Origin: Paraspadella gotoi
Lineage: Eukaryota > Animalia > Chaetognatha
DNA length: 64,000 bases
NCBI GenBank assembly: GCA_051294375.1
Contig: CM119264.1
Coordinates: forward strand, 29,641,182-29,705,181
Direction: 5' to 3'
Part shown: one piece after another, positions 1-14,132 of the stretch
How the letters are laid out: every line of letters begins with the position of its first letter
Position numbering within the stretch: the stretch's first letter is position 1
Notes under the pieces: model-generated
Told to the model about the DNA's origin: nothing
Seen by the model: only the letters and a program-made list of their open reading frames with translations
Database searches by the model: none
Translations under genes and position numbers: made by a program

Positions 1-1908
1 GATTGCCTTCTTAATTCCAAGAAAAAACTTGGGCAATGGTCTTGAACTGAAAATGGCATAAAGCTCTTTAAGCTGATTCACACGGACCATTGGAATCAAG
101 AGGAAATGGAAGAAAGAAATAAAAAAAAAAAAACTCGGTTCCAGAAGTTGACAACCGAAAGTCGGACTCACGCAGCGCCGGCGGTCGAATCGCGGCGCCG
201 CGGATTCGGGCCGCCGAGGAATCGGGCGACGCGAAACGAAAGAGGCGGGATTAAAGGTTTTCCGGTCGGAGGAGAGAGAAATCCGGCAGGGGGGGTAGGG
301 GGGGGTGAGGGGGGGGTAGGGGGGTGAGGAGGGAGATGAGAAGGGAGAAGAGAAGAAGAGAAGAGAGGAAGAGAAGTAGAAGAGAAGAGAAGAGAAGAGA
401 GAGAAGAGAAGGGGAGAGAAGAGGAGAGGGAGAAGAAAGAGAAAAGAAGAGAAAGAGAGAGGGAGAAGAGAAGGGGAAGAAGAGATCGGAAGAAGGATAG
501 GAGAAGACAACAGACAGAGAATAGAATAGAAGAGAAAGGGAGAGGAAGAGAAGAGAAAAGAAAAGAGAATAGAAAAGAGAAGTGAGAAATATAAGAGGGG
601 AGAACTCAATCTCATATCTTCTTAATACATCATCAAAAAAAAATATATCCTACTCGTGCTTAGAGTCGGAGATCAAATCTCATCATGCAAATTAATCACT
701 TTTTACTTTATAATAAAAGATCATCATAGCTAATGAATGATGGAAGAAGTACAATCAAAAAAAAAAAAAAAAAAAGAATCGAAGACCGCACAATCCCGCT
801 ACAGCCGCTGCAGCCTGAATCCACATTACAAGCCGGCTGCACCAGGTGCCGTTCGCTGCGACGTGAGCTTCCCCATGATCTTTTTTCCCTTTACTTACCT
901 TTGCTACTTTCTTTCCAACTTTAGCTCAACCAGAAAATCAGACTTACTTTTATGGCTACATAGCTCCCACTTTGTATTTTTTTTTTTACTTATCTTTTTA
1001 ATATTTGTATTTCTGTCCAATCTTTTATTTATACTATCCCTAACATTTCTTTTTTTTTTTCTTTCCTTTTTTCTTTCCTTTCTTTCTTTTCCTTTCTTTC
1101 TTTCTTTTTTCTTTCCTTTCTCACTTTAATTTTTTCTTTCCTTTCTTTCTTTCATTTTTCCCCTTTTTCTTTCAATTTTTTCTAATTTTCCATTTTTTCT
1201 TTATTCGTTTTCTCTCCTTCACCTCTATAATTTTAATTTCCTGATCACTTTTTCTTATTGCCATATTTAAATTCCTCGTCATTTTTTTTCCTTTTCTTCC
1301 TTTCCCACATAAATTGTTTTCCCCTTTATCTTTCTCTTTTCAAATTCTAGCCTTTTTTCCCTTTCTTTTTTCCTCCCATTCCTCTTTTAAATCTTCTCCT
1401 TATTTTTCCCCCCAAATTCCATTTTCTCTGTCGCCGTCTTCCCCCCCCCCCAAAAAAAAAAAAGACCCAAAAAAGGAGGTTTGGTTCTGGAAGCAGACTG
1501 GAATTCTAATTCTGGTAGATCTGGGAAAAAAGGAAAGAAGAAAGAAAGAAAGAAAGAAAAGAGGAAAGAACCCCCCAACGAAGAAGAAAGAAAGAAAGAA
1601 AGAATAAAAGAAAGAAAGAAAGAATAAAGAAAGAAAAAAGAAAAAAAGAAAGAAAAGACAGAATATACTTATACATATATACATATCCCTTAAGTATGTT
1701 TTTTTCACTATGATTTGAATGACCGTGTTATAATCTGCAGTTTTTATTTATACTTTGACCTGCAGTCTGGCGGCCATAGGTCATAGGCTTGGCCGGCGAC
1801 ATTCTATTTACAACATTGGCTGATATTCGATTTGCGGACTTTTTATTGCGGGCAACTTTTTTTACTAGAGATTTTTCGCGTTTTTTGATAAAGCAAAGAG
1901 AGAGAGAG

Positions 1909-1939
<31 letters not shown>

Positions 1940-4900
1940 AGAGAGAGAGAGGAATCCTAATTTAAAGAGAAGAGAAACGAGAGAGTTTAATTCCATTCAT
2001 GTGAGAAAAAAGAAAAATTAAAAAATATGAAAAAGATTTTTATAAAAAGATTTGAAAAAAAGTTGAATATCAGGATTTCTCTATCGGATTCTATGTGTAT
2101 TAAACTTATTCTTTTTGTCTCCGAAACAAATTCAAAATCCTTGTCATTTTCTCCTTTCTTTCCTGGAGGTTAACTGCCCTAAATAAATTAAAAATATAAT
2201 AATTATCATAACTTGAACAAATATCTTTTTTTATTTAAAATTTTTTGGAATGGATTCTGGGATGAGCATAAAAAGTTAAACCAAGAATTAATTACAAAGC
2301 TTTTAAAAATTCTTTTACGTTTCTCTAAGTGAAGTAATATAAAAAACTGGGGTTAAAATCAATTCGGGAAAGAATGATGGTTTTTTTTACAGTTTTTCTT
2401 ATTTTGGATAACACACTATCGTAAAATATATTTAAAAAAGAATGCAATACTTTGTGGTAGACGACTTTTTATGAGCTATTGAATCTTGGTCTTAAAATTT
2501 AAAAAAATTCCAAAAAAAAATTTTTGGCCTTTCTAGTCTATAAAATTAAATATTAAAAATTAAATTACTACTAACTAAGGGTATAGAGCCAATTAGAATA
2601 TTTTGGTCCATTGAAATAATTCTTGAAAAATGTCTCAAATATCGTTTGAGATGTACTCACTTCCAAAATTTGACGCAACCGCCATTGAGTGCATGGGCTA
2701 ACCGGCCTACCAAAAGAATAAAGTTTTGAATGCAATCCCAATTTTTTTTCATTTCTAAGGAAATATTTCGTCACTTTAAAACAGAAAAAGTTTGATAACG
2801 GACCACATACATGGGGTGAGGGACCCTATCTATTCGAGCTCTGATCCATTTCGAGATAATCGCAATATCATAAATCAAAATATAAGTGGCAAATAGTTAT
2901 TCTGGCTTTTTAAATTTGTTATACAATAAAAAAAGGAAATTTTTAAGCAACTAAAAGGCCGTGTGGATGTTTTTCCAAAGTGCGGTTTTTATGGAATGGG
3001 CAGTGTATTGCATGATGACGATATAAGGCGGCCATAATTGTTAATATATTAATTTTTCAAATAGGTCGTCTCTCTCTTCTGAAATCATCCATGACTCAGT
3101 GATTCATGTTCATTCATCACTCTTTCGCTCCTTCAATTGCACTCATGAATTTAAATCTATTGCTTCTTCGTTTCATCACTTATTCTCTCTCTCTCCATCA
3201 ATAATGAAAAGAGAGAACACACTTAGTTTTACAGGTTATTTGTGGGTTAGACCTTATGTTTTAATTACACCTGTTTATTGGCCCCTTAAGCCCTTTATGG
3301 TTATTTTTTAGACGGAGTCTCTTGGTTTCTCAGTCTTAGACTTATTTATTTGTTTTCAGCGCTTTTCTTAGTGTTATAGAGAAACGAGTACAAATTTTGA
3401 GTAGAGAAACACAAAATCAAAGAAAAGTTTTACCTCGGCTAACGGGAGAGGGCAAAAGATTTATAAAATAATAAGGGGATTATATTTTGGCTACTACGGG
3501 GATAGAACGAATGAGGATATTATTTTTAATTTACTAATTAATTCTCTAGTAATAACTCACAATTTAAAATCGTTTATTTCGAAAATGTGAATAACGTTTT
3601 TTTAGTAGTGAATCTTAGTCAAATTCTCTTCGCTAAACCATAAGACCTTAAATAGTTGTGGCACTTTCAAATTCGAGGTTTATATAGGGTTAGGAAAAAT
3701 GTCTGAGCTCAAAATGAGACTCAAATTTTTTTATTAATTGAGGAGGTTGGCAGAAATATAGCGCTTCAATCTGATCTAGAGAGAATCATATTTTTCAATT
3801 CGACACAGTGGTTCAAAAAGTAATATAAAATCACTAACCCACAGTTTTGATACACAAAATATGAGTGTGGTCTTCAAAACGAATAAATTTTTTATAGATA
3901 TTTCGAATAAATTAAAAGGTTTGCGGGAAAAGAAATATATTAATAGTTAATTTACTATAGCTTCAGAGAATTTTCTACTTTATTAGTTATAGTTTCTACC
4001 TTAAACCTACAGAGGTATTTAATTTTAGACGTTAAGCTCATGGAATGAGGAATAAATATATTCCATTTTGAATTTCGATAAAACTATATCAACCGTGTTT
4101 TGTATGCCGGTTGTTCATTCGGGAATTTCATTCTTTAACTTGTGGTAAATCAACGACGGATAGGGATCTGGCGCGTCCTCTGTCAAAGGGTCCGGGGCTC
4201 ACTGTATTCAAACATTGCACAGAGCTAAGCCAATCGAAGACGCAGGCCAGACGGAAGCAGCCACAACACTTCGAACAAACTATAACCGCCACCACGGTCG
4301 AGGACGCCAAAGGCAACGGCACTACACAGAATGTCGGGCGTGCGGTGATTCGCAAGTTAAAAATCTTTGCGTCGGCGGGAATAACGAAGAGCAAAGAACA
4401 GGTGTGGGAAGACATGGCACGTCGGAAGAGCGATGAACTGCAGTTGGCAGCTTCGTCTAGTGATCTTTAGAGAAAAGAACGACGAACGACGACGACTGAC
4501 GACGACGACGAACGACGAACGACGGACGACGACGGTGGGGAACGGCGAACGACGACGAACGCGAGGCGACGACGACGACGACGTGTCGGTCTGACGGGCG
4601 GTCGTGGTGGGGCGGCGGAGGCAAGGACGCGAGGGCCACGGGACAATTCGGTGCACACAATATTAGCCGTGCGCAATAGCCACAAAGTGTGGTAACCTCC
4701 TCTCGGACTCGCGGGTGAAGCAACGAGTGTCCGCACCGGGAGTCCCTTTCCTTCGCACCCATGTTCCCAGGACACCGAGGGCGATGGCGGAGATAAATTG
4801 GACCCAATGATAACAACAGAAACACGGAAGGAGTACACTTTCTACGCGGTAGGAATTGCATGAAAAAACGATAAAGGACGGAAAAAAGAATCCCGTATTA

Positions 4901-7900
4901 TATTGACGAGGAAAATTTTTTTTTATAAATGAACTCGCTTGAAAGTGCTCTATATGATATCAGAGTATCCGACCCATTTTTGCGGCCCCCAAATCTGAGG
5001 AAAAAGAAATTAAGCTTAAGATTGCAAGATAGCTATTGAACGAATAAAAAGACCTGATTGGTTGTACTGATATAATTATACGGAAACATTAGCGGTACGA
5101 GGAGAGGTTCACTAGAAGGGGTCGGGAGGCGGACACATCTCTCGGTACCAATATAAGAGTTACACAGGGCCAAACATTATATTCTATATTTTATAATAAG
5201 AACAAGAGGTAAATTAAATATCGAACTCATAATTAAACAACTAATTAAATCGTTTATAAATTTACAACACACTCACACTCTCGTCAGTCTCTAATCATGC
5301 AGAGATTTATATCCACACACAACACAGTTTATAATCAATTTACATTCACTACAGACACTGTATAAATACGGCAACGAAGGACACACTTAATCCGGGGAGA
5401 GAAAGGACCCGGGAATGAACTCTAGACATCACGTGTGTCCAACTACTTATGTTGATGTACCGAAGAGTTGTGGTTTTCCGCTGCGGCGCTAGATGTCGGC
5501 GCCTATCTATATATATATGGAGAGAGGAGGATACAAGGCCTAAGGAAAAACCAAAATGTATAAAAAAGGTGCCATTTAGGAATACCGGAGGTCCCATGGG
5601 CCGAATCGCCGAGCACCGCTGAGGAGCTAATTCCCGCCACGGGGGCCCACGGGGCCCGAACGGTACCCGATTCAGTTCGTTTGTTTTTAAGCCTGCAGGA
5701 TTCCGGGTCTAAGGAAGAGGTGACAGAAAGACAGAAAATAGAAATAAAAATTATCGCTGGTCGACGGCGGGTTTTTGGAAAAGTTGGTTATTTTCATTAG
5801 TTCAAAGATAGTTTTTAATAATTTAAACGTCCGCCGTCAAAAGGCGTAAAAACATTGAGACAAAATTTATGTAGGATGTATGGCTGAATATGGCGTTTGG
5901 ACGGGGAAAATTACGGTTGTTACAATACGATATATTTTCTGGTCAAATAAAAGATCATATTTTTGTAGGGTTCGCGGATAGCCTACAAGACGCCTTGCTA
6001 AGGGGCAGACTTTCCGAAAATTTGTATTATAAAATACTTCCCCACCTTTTGTGAGGGCTCCTAGAACCTCAAGAAATTGTTTTTTTGTTTAATAAAGTCC
6101 TTTATGAGTATCGTATATCAGGTGATCGCCGGGTTTGAAAATTATAATTGAATATGGATCATGGACGAAGATTAAACAAAGTCACATAGTGCGTCTCAAC
6201 TTTTGAGCGATTTCTTGTCGAATCGCTGTTATTTGGTGGTTCCCGTTCTAAAGAAAAAAGCGTACGTTGGGAGCACAGAGACAAGAAAAACTTTAGCTGC
6301 CTCCCAATTACGACGACGACCTTAGTGAGTTAGTCATGAGAAAAATGGTTTGGAGGAATTGGGATCAATGTTACATATTTTTGGTGAATAGTGGAAATTA
6401 TAGGAATTAATTGATATGTGCACTTTGTTATTTTATTTTGGGAGTAGGAGGAATACAAATATGGGCGGATATATTGATGTACTTAAATTGTTAATCAAAT
6501 AAGTTATCTGAAAGAGAAATCAACATAAAAACTGGTATGGAGGCTTGCGCTGATTTTTTTGCATAAAATTTCTTAGAGAAACATAGGTTAATTAGAAGCT
6601 CTTAATTAGATTAACGATAAACATATTTAAAATTGATTGGCACAATATGTTGTTAGAAAAAAAGTAAAACATTCAGTCTAGATCGGGAGTGGTAATATAA
6701 CAAATTATCTTAAAAATCTCTAAATAACAATCATGTCATCTGCGCAAATTTCTCTAAATAATTAAAAAATATTATATTTGATTTGCTCAAAATGTTCTTG
6801 TTTAAATTATATAAATATTAAACTGGTTAATCCGGTTGACTTATTGCATCAATTGATTTTAAGATATTTTTATATAAATTTATCTAATCAAATATTTATT
6901 AACAATTTATTTTGCTCTTTAATAAAAAATCTGTAAGATCTCATTAAGAATTGTGAAAGAACCCATCCTCAGACCCTCTCTCCTGCAGAAGAGGGAGAAG
7001 AGTCACGTCGGGGAGAGCAAACTGGACTAAAGACCGGACCCGCCTCTCTGGCAGTCCGTAAAGTTTCTCATTTCACTCAGTTTCTTAATTATTCTCATTT
7101 TAGAAGTCCTTGATATTTAATGGTAGAAGAAACCACAAAGCGTCATTTAAGCATCCACAAAACGTTTATCTCATCTCATATTTTAATTAAAATAAGTCCC
7201 GTTTCATCATTCTACATACACATTTTACAAATTCAACTCATCATCATCCCAATCACACCATTCCACTCAAACCGCAAGAACTGAAAATGACCGCAAAAAG
7301 AGGAGAAAAGAAGACAAACGTCTTGATTATCTCTTATATAAACTCTCATCTTGTCACCTAGAACAAAGAGCATCTGAGGTTACGGTCGTCTGGAAACTTT
7401 ACCAATTGTGATTATAATTCCGTTTAGCTGCACTCTTACCGCTAATTATCACAAATCCCGACATTGTTTACATTGGCCAAATAAAGTCCTCGGCGGGAGG
7501 GGCGGTGATGCACCGCTGCCAGGCCTAGTATATTATTTACATTCGATCAGAAGAAGCGGTCGGAACTAATTCTGAAGCTTACCGCTGACTCTCCTCATCC
7601 CAAGTCCCCAGTATATCTCGGCAATCGAGTCCTCGGGTCTCGTCTCTCTCTCTCTCCGGGCTCTCTGGCGGTGAACTTAGAGACCTCTCAACAGATGTCG
7701 CTACTGACCTCTGGCGAGGGGGTGCGGCTCTGAAAAATTCCACCAGGAATACATAATGCCCCCCTAATCTGCCGAGCCCGGATAATATTATTCTCANNNN
7801 NNNNNNNNNNNNNNNNNNNNNCAGTAAAATCGCCGAGAGAATTTCTCCATAAAAGATGATGTCTCTCTTGGGTTTAAGCTTTTCCCCATTATACTTCCAT

Positions 7901-8559
7901 GAACGTTGGATAAGCGATATATTTATTAGTTTTAAATTACATCTTTACCGCTCCATTATTTGAAACTAATTTTATTACAATAACTGTTATTATACTGATT
8001 AACGATTTGTAGATTGTCATATTTTTCGTTTTGTGTCGAAAAGCATCTTTTTTTTTTTAATTAAAATCACAACTCATTAAATACTTTTTTAAAAATATTC
8101 AAAAATACCGTTTGATAAAAAAGAAGGAAAATTATTTGAAATAAAAAATATTAAAGTATCAAATTTTGTCGGTACAAAAAAAACTTCATATACAGATGTA
8201 AAATAATGATGTCAAAACGATTAAAAATTATTTTTATCTTACAACAAATTACTTTACTCGCGATTTTCATTGGTATACTTAATACTTTTCCAATTTACAG
8301 TGTCCGCGATCGATCCTTAATTATTGAATTTTATAAAATTATCTTTTTATTTTTAGTGCTATTAGTATCGTCTGAATGTCAAATTGTTTCTTTTATTTAA
8401 AAAAAAAATATTGTCGTCAGAATAAAATAACCACGTGGTATGAACGCTAGTTCTAATTTTTGTGATGTTCTCTTTCACAGCCTTCACAGTTCATCCCCCT
8501 TTCCTTCCCACCCTCCCTGCACCACCTTCACAGTTCACACCCTACCCCCCCTTATCAAC

Positions 8560-9100
8560 CTTCAAGCACTGGTCGTCCGTACTTTTCCGGACTAAAGGCA
8601 GAAAATCTTCCCACAATCGATCGTACGATTCTCGTCTCGTGAGGTCAAAGGTCAAGATAACGGCGCCCTCTGAGATACTGGGGGCTGCGAGGAAATAGCG
8701 AGGGGGGGGGGTTTCAAAATAAATTTACAATTTGAACGAAATAATTGTTTCGAAAAAAGTTTCATTGTTTCCTTAAAAAATTTAAATGAATTAAATTTCT
8801 AGTAGCTAGACATCGAGTTAATTATACTATGGAAATTGTACGTGCTGCTCTCGAGCTACCAATAACAAGCTAATAAATCAAAACGCCCCTCTTCTCAGTT
8901 ACCACTCACAACACTTGACCCTCACACCCAATACTTCACAAGTCACAACACAAACCCAACGCTTCACAATACAACTACAGACCTGAGGAGAGAACCCCTC
9001 CTGGACCCGCAGTATTCCATCGCGTAACTTTGTTTCAGAAAACTTGGAGAACTCAGCGCCGATTGGTCGCGTGTTTGTTTCGTGAAAAGTGTGGGCTCGA
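8560..9100 (-). pseudogene. Second Rab20-like paralog, two exons with indels (assembly error or pseudogene)
   Basis: Exon 9100-8983 is a frameshifted copy of the TIGAAF...IWDTAGQERF exon. Exon 8684-8560 reads SPQYLR/GAVILTFDLTRRESYDRLWEDFLPLVRKSTDDQCLK, with AG/GT boundaries at the same positions as exon 3 of the intact gene but 5 nt shorter. Exons 1 and 4 were not recognised. Confidence 0.7.
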
Positions 9101-11137
9101 CTGTTTTTGCGGTGACCAATTTCGTCTCGCAATTGTAATTTGATCCAAAATTAATCGGCCAATCCACTCCAGTGATGAAAAAGGATGATTCATTGTCGAC
9201 TCACACCTCACCGTGGGATAAAATCCACCGCCCTTTTCACCTGTGAATAGATCACATTTCCCACACCGCTTGACACGCTTGATTAAAAAACTCCCTTGGA
9301 CATCCCAACGTCCTGGGATCGGCGGTCCTTAGCGCCCGGAACTCCGCACTCACGCTTATCAACCGTAATAAGAATCCCACGCCCACTCACTCTCCTCAAT
9401 TGAATAAGATTTACGAATTACATTTGTATGTGTTGAAGATTCCAATGAATCGTGATCAGTCTGACTTGCCCGTGAAGGAGCCGAGAGAATTGAACGATTC
9501 CTTTGTTGTGAGAAATCCAGAGAAAATTTCATTCGTACGATCGTACCATTCGATTCCGTCGACAGACGACCCTGTATCACGACCAGCGACTCCAGTGATC
9601 CACGACGTACCCTTCCGGGCCTCCTATACCTTCTCCGGCTTACAATGCGTGCGCTATATCTATATGTCGAGCAGCAACCATTCAGGGAAGCCCGTCTGTA
9701 CGCGCCCAATGTGACTCAATTTTCTCCCACTTCAACGGGCCGTCTGTGGCTCGCTGTGAGTGCGTTTCCTCCGCCCGCTCTGCACGCCCGTGCGGAGGAG
9801 GAAAAGACCGTACCAACACGATAACGGAATTTAAAACAAAGTGAAGGCAAAAAAAAATTAAAAAACCAAGGTTCTTTATTGAATAAACAAGGCGAAGACG
9901 AAAAACAGGAGAGACGACTGAGTTCCCAGGTTCGGATACGGATTTCGCTTCTGACTGTCATCAAGAATTCCGAGTTGGTAATAAGAATATCACTGATTCC
10001 CTCTATTTCATTCGATGTAATGGGCGGGATTTGATTTGAATCCTGCGGGCGTTTCTGAGAAAATTAATAATGTCTAATTTTCGCTTCTATTTGGAAAAAA
10101 TAAAAGAGTACCTTCCATGTTATAAAAAAATGTTTGTCGGTTTCTGAATTGATAGAAGGTTCTGGTGTATGAACGGAACGGACGAAGACTCGAGAAAGTA
10201 TGGCTGAGAAGACCGAATTGGATCGAAGGGGAAGGAAAGAGAGAGAACGTGGAGAAGAAGGAAAAATGAAGGAAAGAAGACTTAAAGCGATATCCCATGC
10301 GGGATTTCAACACAATAAACGGTAGAACACAACAATGTGTTTTGTAGATTATAAAACTGTAGCCCCTTTCGTTATTAGTTATGTTTTTTAGTCGACCCGA
10401 CTGTGCCCGTTTAATAAATAACCTGAAATTCCCTCTGTCCCCGTTGTCCCGCTTCGATTATGAGGAAAGTTCGGTATTTTAAATTTGTCCGAGGTTCTCG
10501 TTAAGTATATTACAAATTTCTCTATTGATAAATTATATTATTATAGTGTTACATCATTTATCTTATAATCAAATTAGATAGTAAACCGATTTATTTTTTA
10601 ATAAATTTTTTTTTTTATGATTCCCTAAGCTGGTTGATTAGAAAATCTGACCTGCTACAACCAATAACGCGGCCAAAAGAGAAAATTAAGTTTTTGATAT
10701 TCTATTCGTGTCGAATGAAATTTGGCACAATAGCTCATATCATGCCAATTTCTATATTAAAATATCCTTGGAACTAATAACTTTTTTTTTTTCTGCTAAC
10801 CTACACTTGATAGGCCAGTATATAATGTATGGAAATTTTTATAATTTGATTCTTCGCTTTGAGATGCGCGAATTTCTTTTAAATTTCTCTGCTGTCAAGA
10901 CGATCCTGCTTTCGCTGTGTTTTTTCACATTCNNNNNNNNNNNNNNNNNNNNNNNNNGTAGCCAGAATCGACGTACTTTATAATTGGATATTGTAGTGCT
11001 GCTCTCGAGCTACAAAACAAGCCTATAAATCAAAACGCCCCTCTTCTCAACGTTACACTTCACAACACTTGACCTCACAACCCAATACTTCACAAGTCAC
11101 AACACAACCCAACGCTTCACAATACAACACTACAGAC

Positions 11138-11264
11138 CTGAGTGAGAGAAACCTCTCCTGACCCGCAGTATCCCAAATCGCGTAAACTTTGTTTCGAAAA
11201 ACTTTGGAGAAAAACGCAGCGCCGATGGTCGCCGGAGTTTGCTGTTCGTGAAAATAGGGCTCGA
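11138..11264 (-). CDS. Cleaner duplicate of the Rab20-like paralog exon (switch I/switch II)
   Basis: Reads atacag|..EPYFHEQQTPATIGAAFFSKVFRNKVYAIWDTAGQERFLSL AG|gtctgt. The phase-2 donor is at the same position as in the 15140 exon. Flanks duplicate 8810-9400. Confidence 0.7.
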
Positions 11265-11568
11265 CTGTATTTTGCGGTGACAATTTCGTCGCAATTGATA
11301 ATTTGATCACAAGAATAAATCGCGCATCCACTCAGTGAACAAAGGATGATTCATGTCGACTCACACTCTCACGGTGTGAATTAAAATCACACGCCTTCTC
11401 ACCGTGAATAAGAATCACATTCTCCCACACGCTCTGACACGCTCTGAATAAAAAACACTCCCTTGACACTCACAACGTGCCTAAGGGACTCGCCCACTCA
11501 CGCTCTATAAACGTAAACAAGAATCACGCCCACTCACTCTCTCTCACCGTGAATAAGGATCACGCCCT

Positions 11569-11885
11569 NNNNNNNNNNNNNNNNNNNNNNNNNNNNNNNN
11601 NNNNNNNNNNNNNNNNNNNNNNNNNNNNNNNNNNNNNNNNNNNNNNNNNNNNNNNNNNNNNNNNNNNNNNNNNNNNNNNNNNNNNNNNNNNNNNNNNNNN
11701 NNNNNNNNNNNNNNNNNNNNNNNNNNNNNNNNNNNNNNNNNNNNNNNNNNNNNNNNNNNNNNNNNNNNNNNNNNNNNNNNNNNNNNNNNNNNNNNNNNNN
11801 NNNNNNNNNNNNNNNNNNNNNNNNNNNNNNNNNNNNNNNNNNNNNNNNNNNNNNNNNNNNNNNNNNNNNNNNNNNNNNNNNNNNN
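11569..11885. other. Assembly gap (317 N); further 25-N gaps at 7797-7821, 10933-10957 and 43875-43899
   Basis: Runs of N. Confidence 1.
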
Positions 11886-12008
11886 TCCTCTATTTTTCGA
11901 CTGTAAGGGATTTGATTTGATCTGCGGGCTTTCGAGAAATTATAAGTCTTATCGCTATTTGGAAAAATAAAGAGACTTTTAAAAATGTTTATCTTGATTG
12001 ATTAAAGG

Positions 12009-12066
<58 letters not shown>

Positions 12067-13177
12067 TAAAAGCGATGCTGTGCGTTAGTTTGTCCCTTCG
12101 TAACGACGCGCCGATGAATTTCTGTCCGTCGCTCGAATTCGAGGAAAGTCGCGGCATCTTTAATTGTCGAGTTTAGCTTATTGATAATATATATGAAATT
12201 AGTACAACCAATTAAATCATAAATCCAAATTTAGAAAGACGAATATCTTTATAATTTTTTTTTCTCTGGTTGATTAGAACTGACTGCTGAGGAATTAAGT
12301 TTTTGGTGAATTTGACTAACCGCATTTTATATAATCTTGAAATTCTTTGTAAACTCGAAAGTTTTGCAAAAAATCGGAATTTTATTCGTGCGTTGTAAAA
12401 AAAAAAACAGCTGAGGTCACATTGAAGCATCGCAGAGAAATCATGAAAAAATAATTTATTTATATCTCGAAATAAAATTATCGTGAAACTCGATTCATCT
12501 ATGAGTATAAACGACATTTAAACTTCATGAGTTCAATTCCAACATACATACAGTTGAGAGCTAATTAGAGCAATATCTTTCACTACCTCAAGTACCGATT
12601 TTAATCAGCATATACTTTCGACATGGTCGCTTTGAAATATATTAATACAGTACCAAGTAATAAATTCGCTGTTCGAAAAAATTACGCAACTCTCTCGAAT
12701 GAAGACGCTCTGGAGCTTGAGCTTCTCCGCCAAATTTTTTTCAGTTGGTTCTAAAATAAAATGAATGTCATTTCTTGTAACAGTTTTTTTTGGGGGGAGG
12801 GTTACGGCTAGTTAAAAATACCTAGTTGTCTATCCTTTCTCTCTCTTTCTGGTTTGGTTTTTCAAACTATGCTACAATTAAGAAACTGTTTTCCCCAAAT
12901 AAAGCATTCCGATTTTAAAAGAGAAAATTGTTTCAAAAGTAGTAAATAAACAAATATTTGTTTAAAACGAAGATTACAAATGTAACTTCATAATTTTACA
13001 CGAGCCATTTTTGTAAATTATCAAATTGACGGAGTGACATAGTTACGATGGCTTCATTCATGTATCAGACTTCATGTGAAAAATCATCAATCACAATTAT
13101 CAATCATCTTAAACTCCGGCCTTTTTTTCCCAAGACGCCTCATGTCATCTTAAATTTGGAATTAATTTAAGTTAAAT

Positions 13178-13335
13178 GTTAGGGTTATATGTTAGTGATT
13201 AGGGTTAAGAATTTCTGTTCAGGGTTAGGGATTATGGTTAAAGATTAAGGATTAGGTTTTAGGATTAGGTTAAGTTTAGGGATTAAAGATAGTAATTGGG
13301 TTATAGAGGGTTATAGGGTTGTTTTAAGATTAGGA
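13178..13335. repeat. Degenerate interstitial TTAGGG-like repeat
   Basis: ttagggtta / ttaggatta variants. Similar tracts lie at 14960-15060 and 29340-29510 (CCCTAA strand), inside introns. Confidence 0.55.
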
Positions 13336-14132
13336 TGAAAATTAAATTTTTACATGAAGGGACAGAAGTGGGACGTATTTGGAAAAGAGAGCCGAATTCG
13401 GTTCGTCTCAATTACAATTGACGATGATTATGATCGAATACTTATTATATTGCTCGACTAATAGTAATAGAATCAATTTAATTTTCACCAAAACTTGCAC
13501 TTACTATAGTATAGTACAATTAAGCATTTTTTCTTTCAAAATCATTAAAAAGAATTTCATTTTCATTTGTCATTAGTTTCATCATCCCTGTATCTTTGTT
13601 CCTTTAAAAGATATTCGGAAAAATCAGTTTTTTTCTCAATTTCTTTTTAAATAAAAATTTCGCGATGAAAACTGGACCACTTCGTTTAAACCTGATCGTT
13701 TGTTCCTAAAAACATCATAGAATAAAAGAGAACAATCGGTCGAGCTCTTGCGACACGAGGCTTTTGGAATCTCATTATTCGAAGTACTACTTATAATGCT
13801 AACATACCATAATCCCGTTTGTAATTTTAAAAAAAGTGAAATTTTCCTTTCATTTCTATAGTAAAAAGGAGGTTTGAAAATCCTCCAGAGATGAGTAGTC
13901 CATTTCCCCTGGCTTGTTTGATAGTAAAATCTTTATCAAATGCTACAAGAACAAAGAGTCGAGCTCTTGAGATGCAACTCTCTCGGAATCGTGCGTTTTT
14001 ACAACTGTTTTCTGCCGGAATTTATTGCAGGCCCGTTTGTAAAGTTGGGCAGTCAGATTTGAACGGAAATCTCTATTAGAAAAATGTTGAATTGTTTTTA
14101 AAGAAAGATTTTCGCCTACAAAATCATTTTCT

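Larger units (their letters stand above)
8810..12300. repeat. ~2-kb degenerate direct duplication around a 25-N gap (8810-~10700 vs 10958-~12300)
   Basis: Matching anchors include gtgctgctctcgagctac (8842/10996), gggatttgatttga (10026/11906) and tggttgattagaa (10631/12266), with dense indels. Confidence 0.75.

Noticed and set aside
9359-9714. Candidate exon 1 of the second Rab paralog
   Set aside because: The position fits, but no GxxxxGK[ST] can be read without assuming many errors.
11477-11920. 147-aa ORF
   Set aside because: It spans the N gap.
13178-13335. Telomere fusion scar
   Set aside because: The repeats are short, degenerate and recur in several introns, with no head-to-head TTAGGG/CCCTAA junction.
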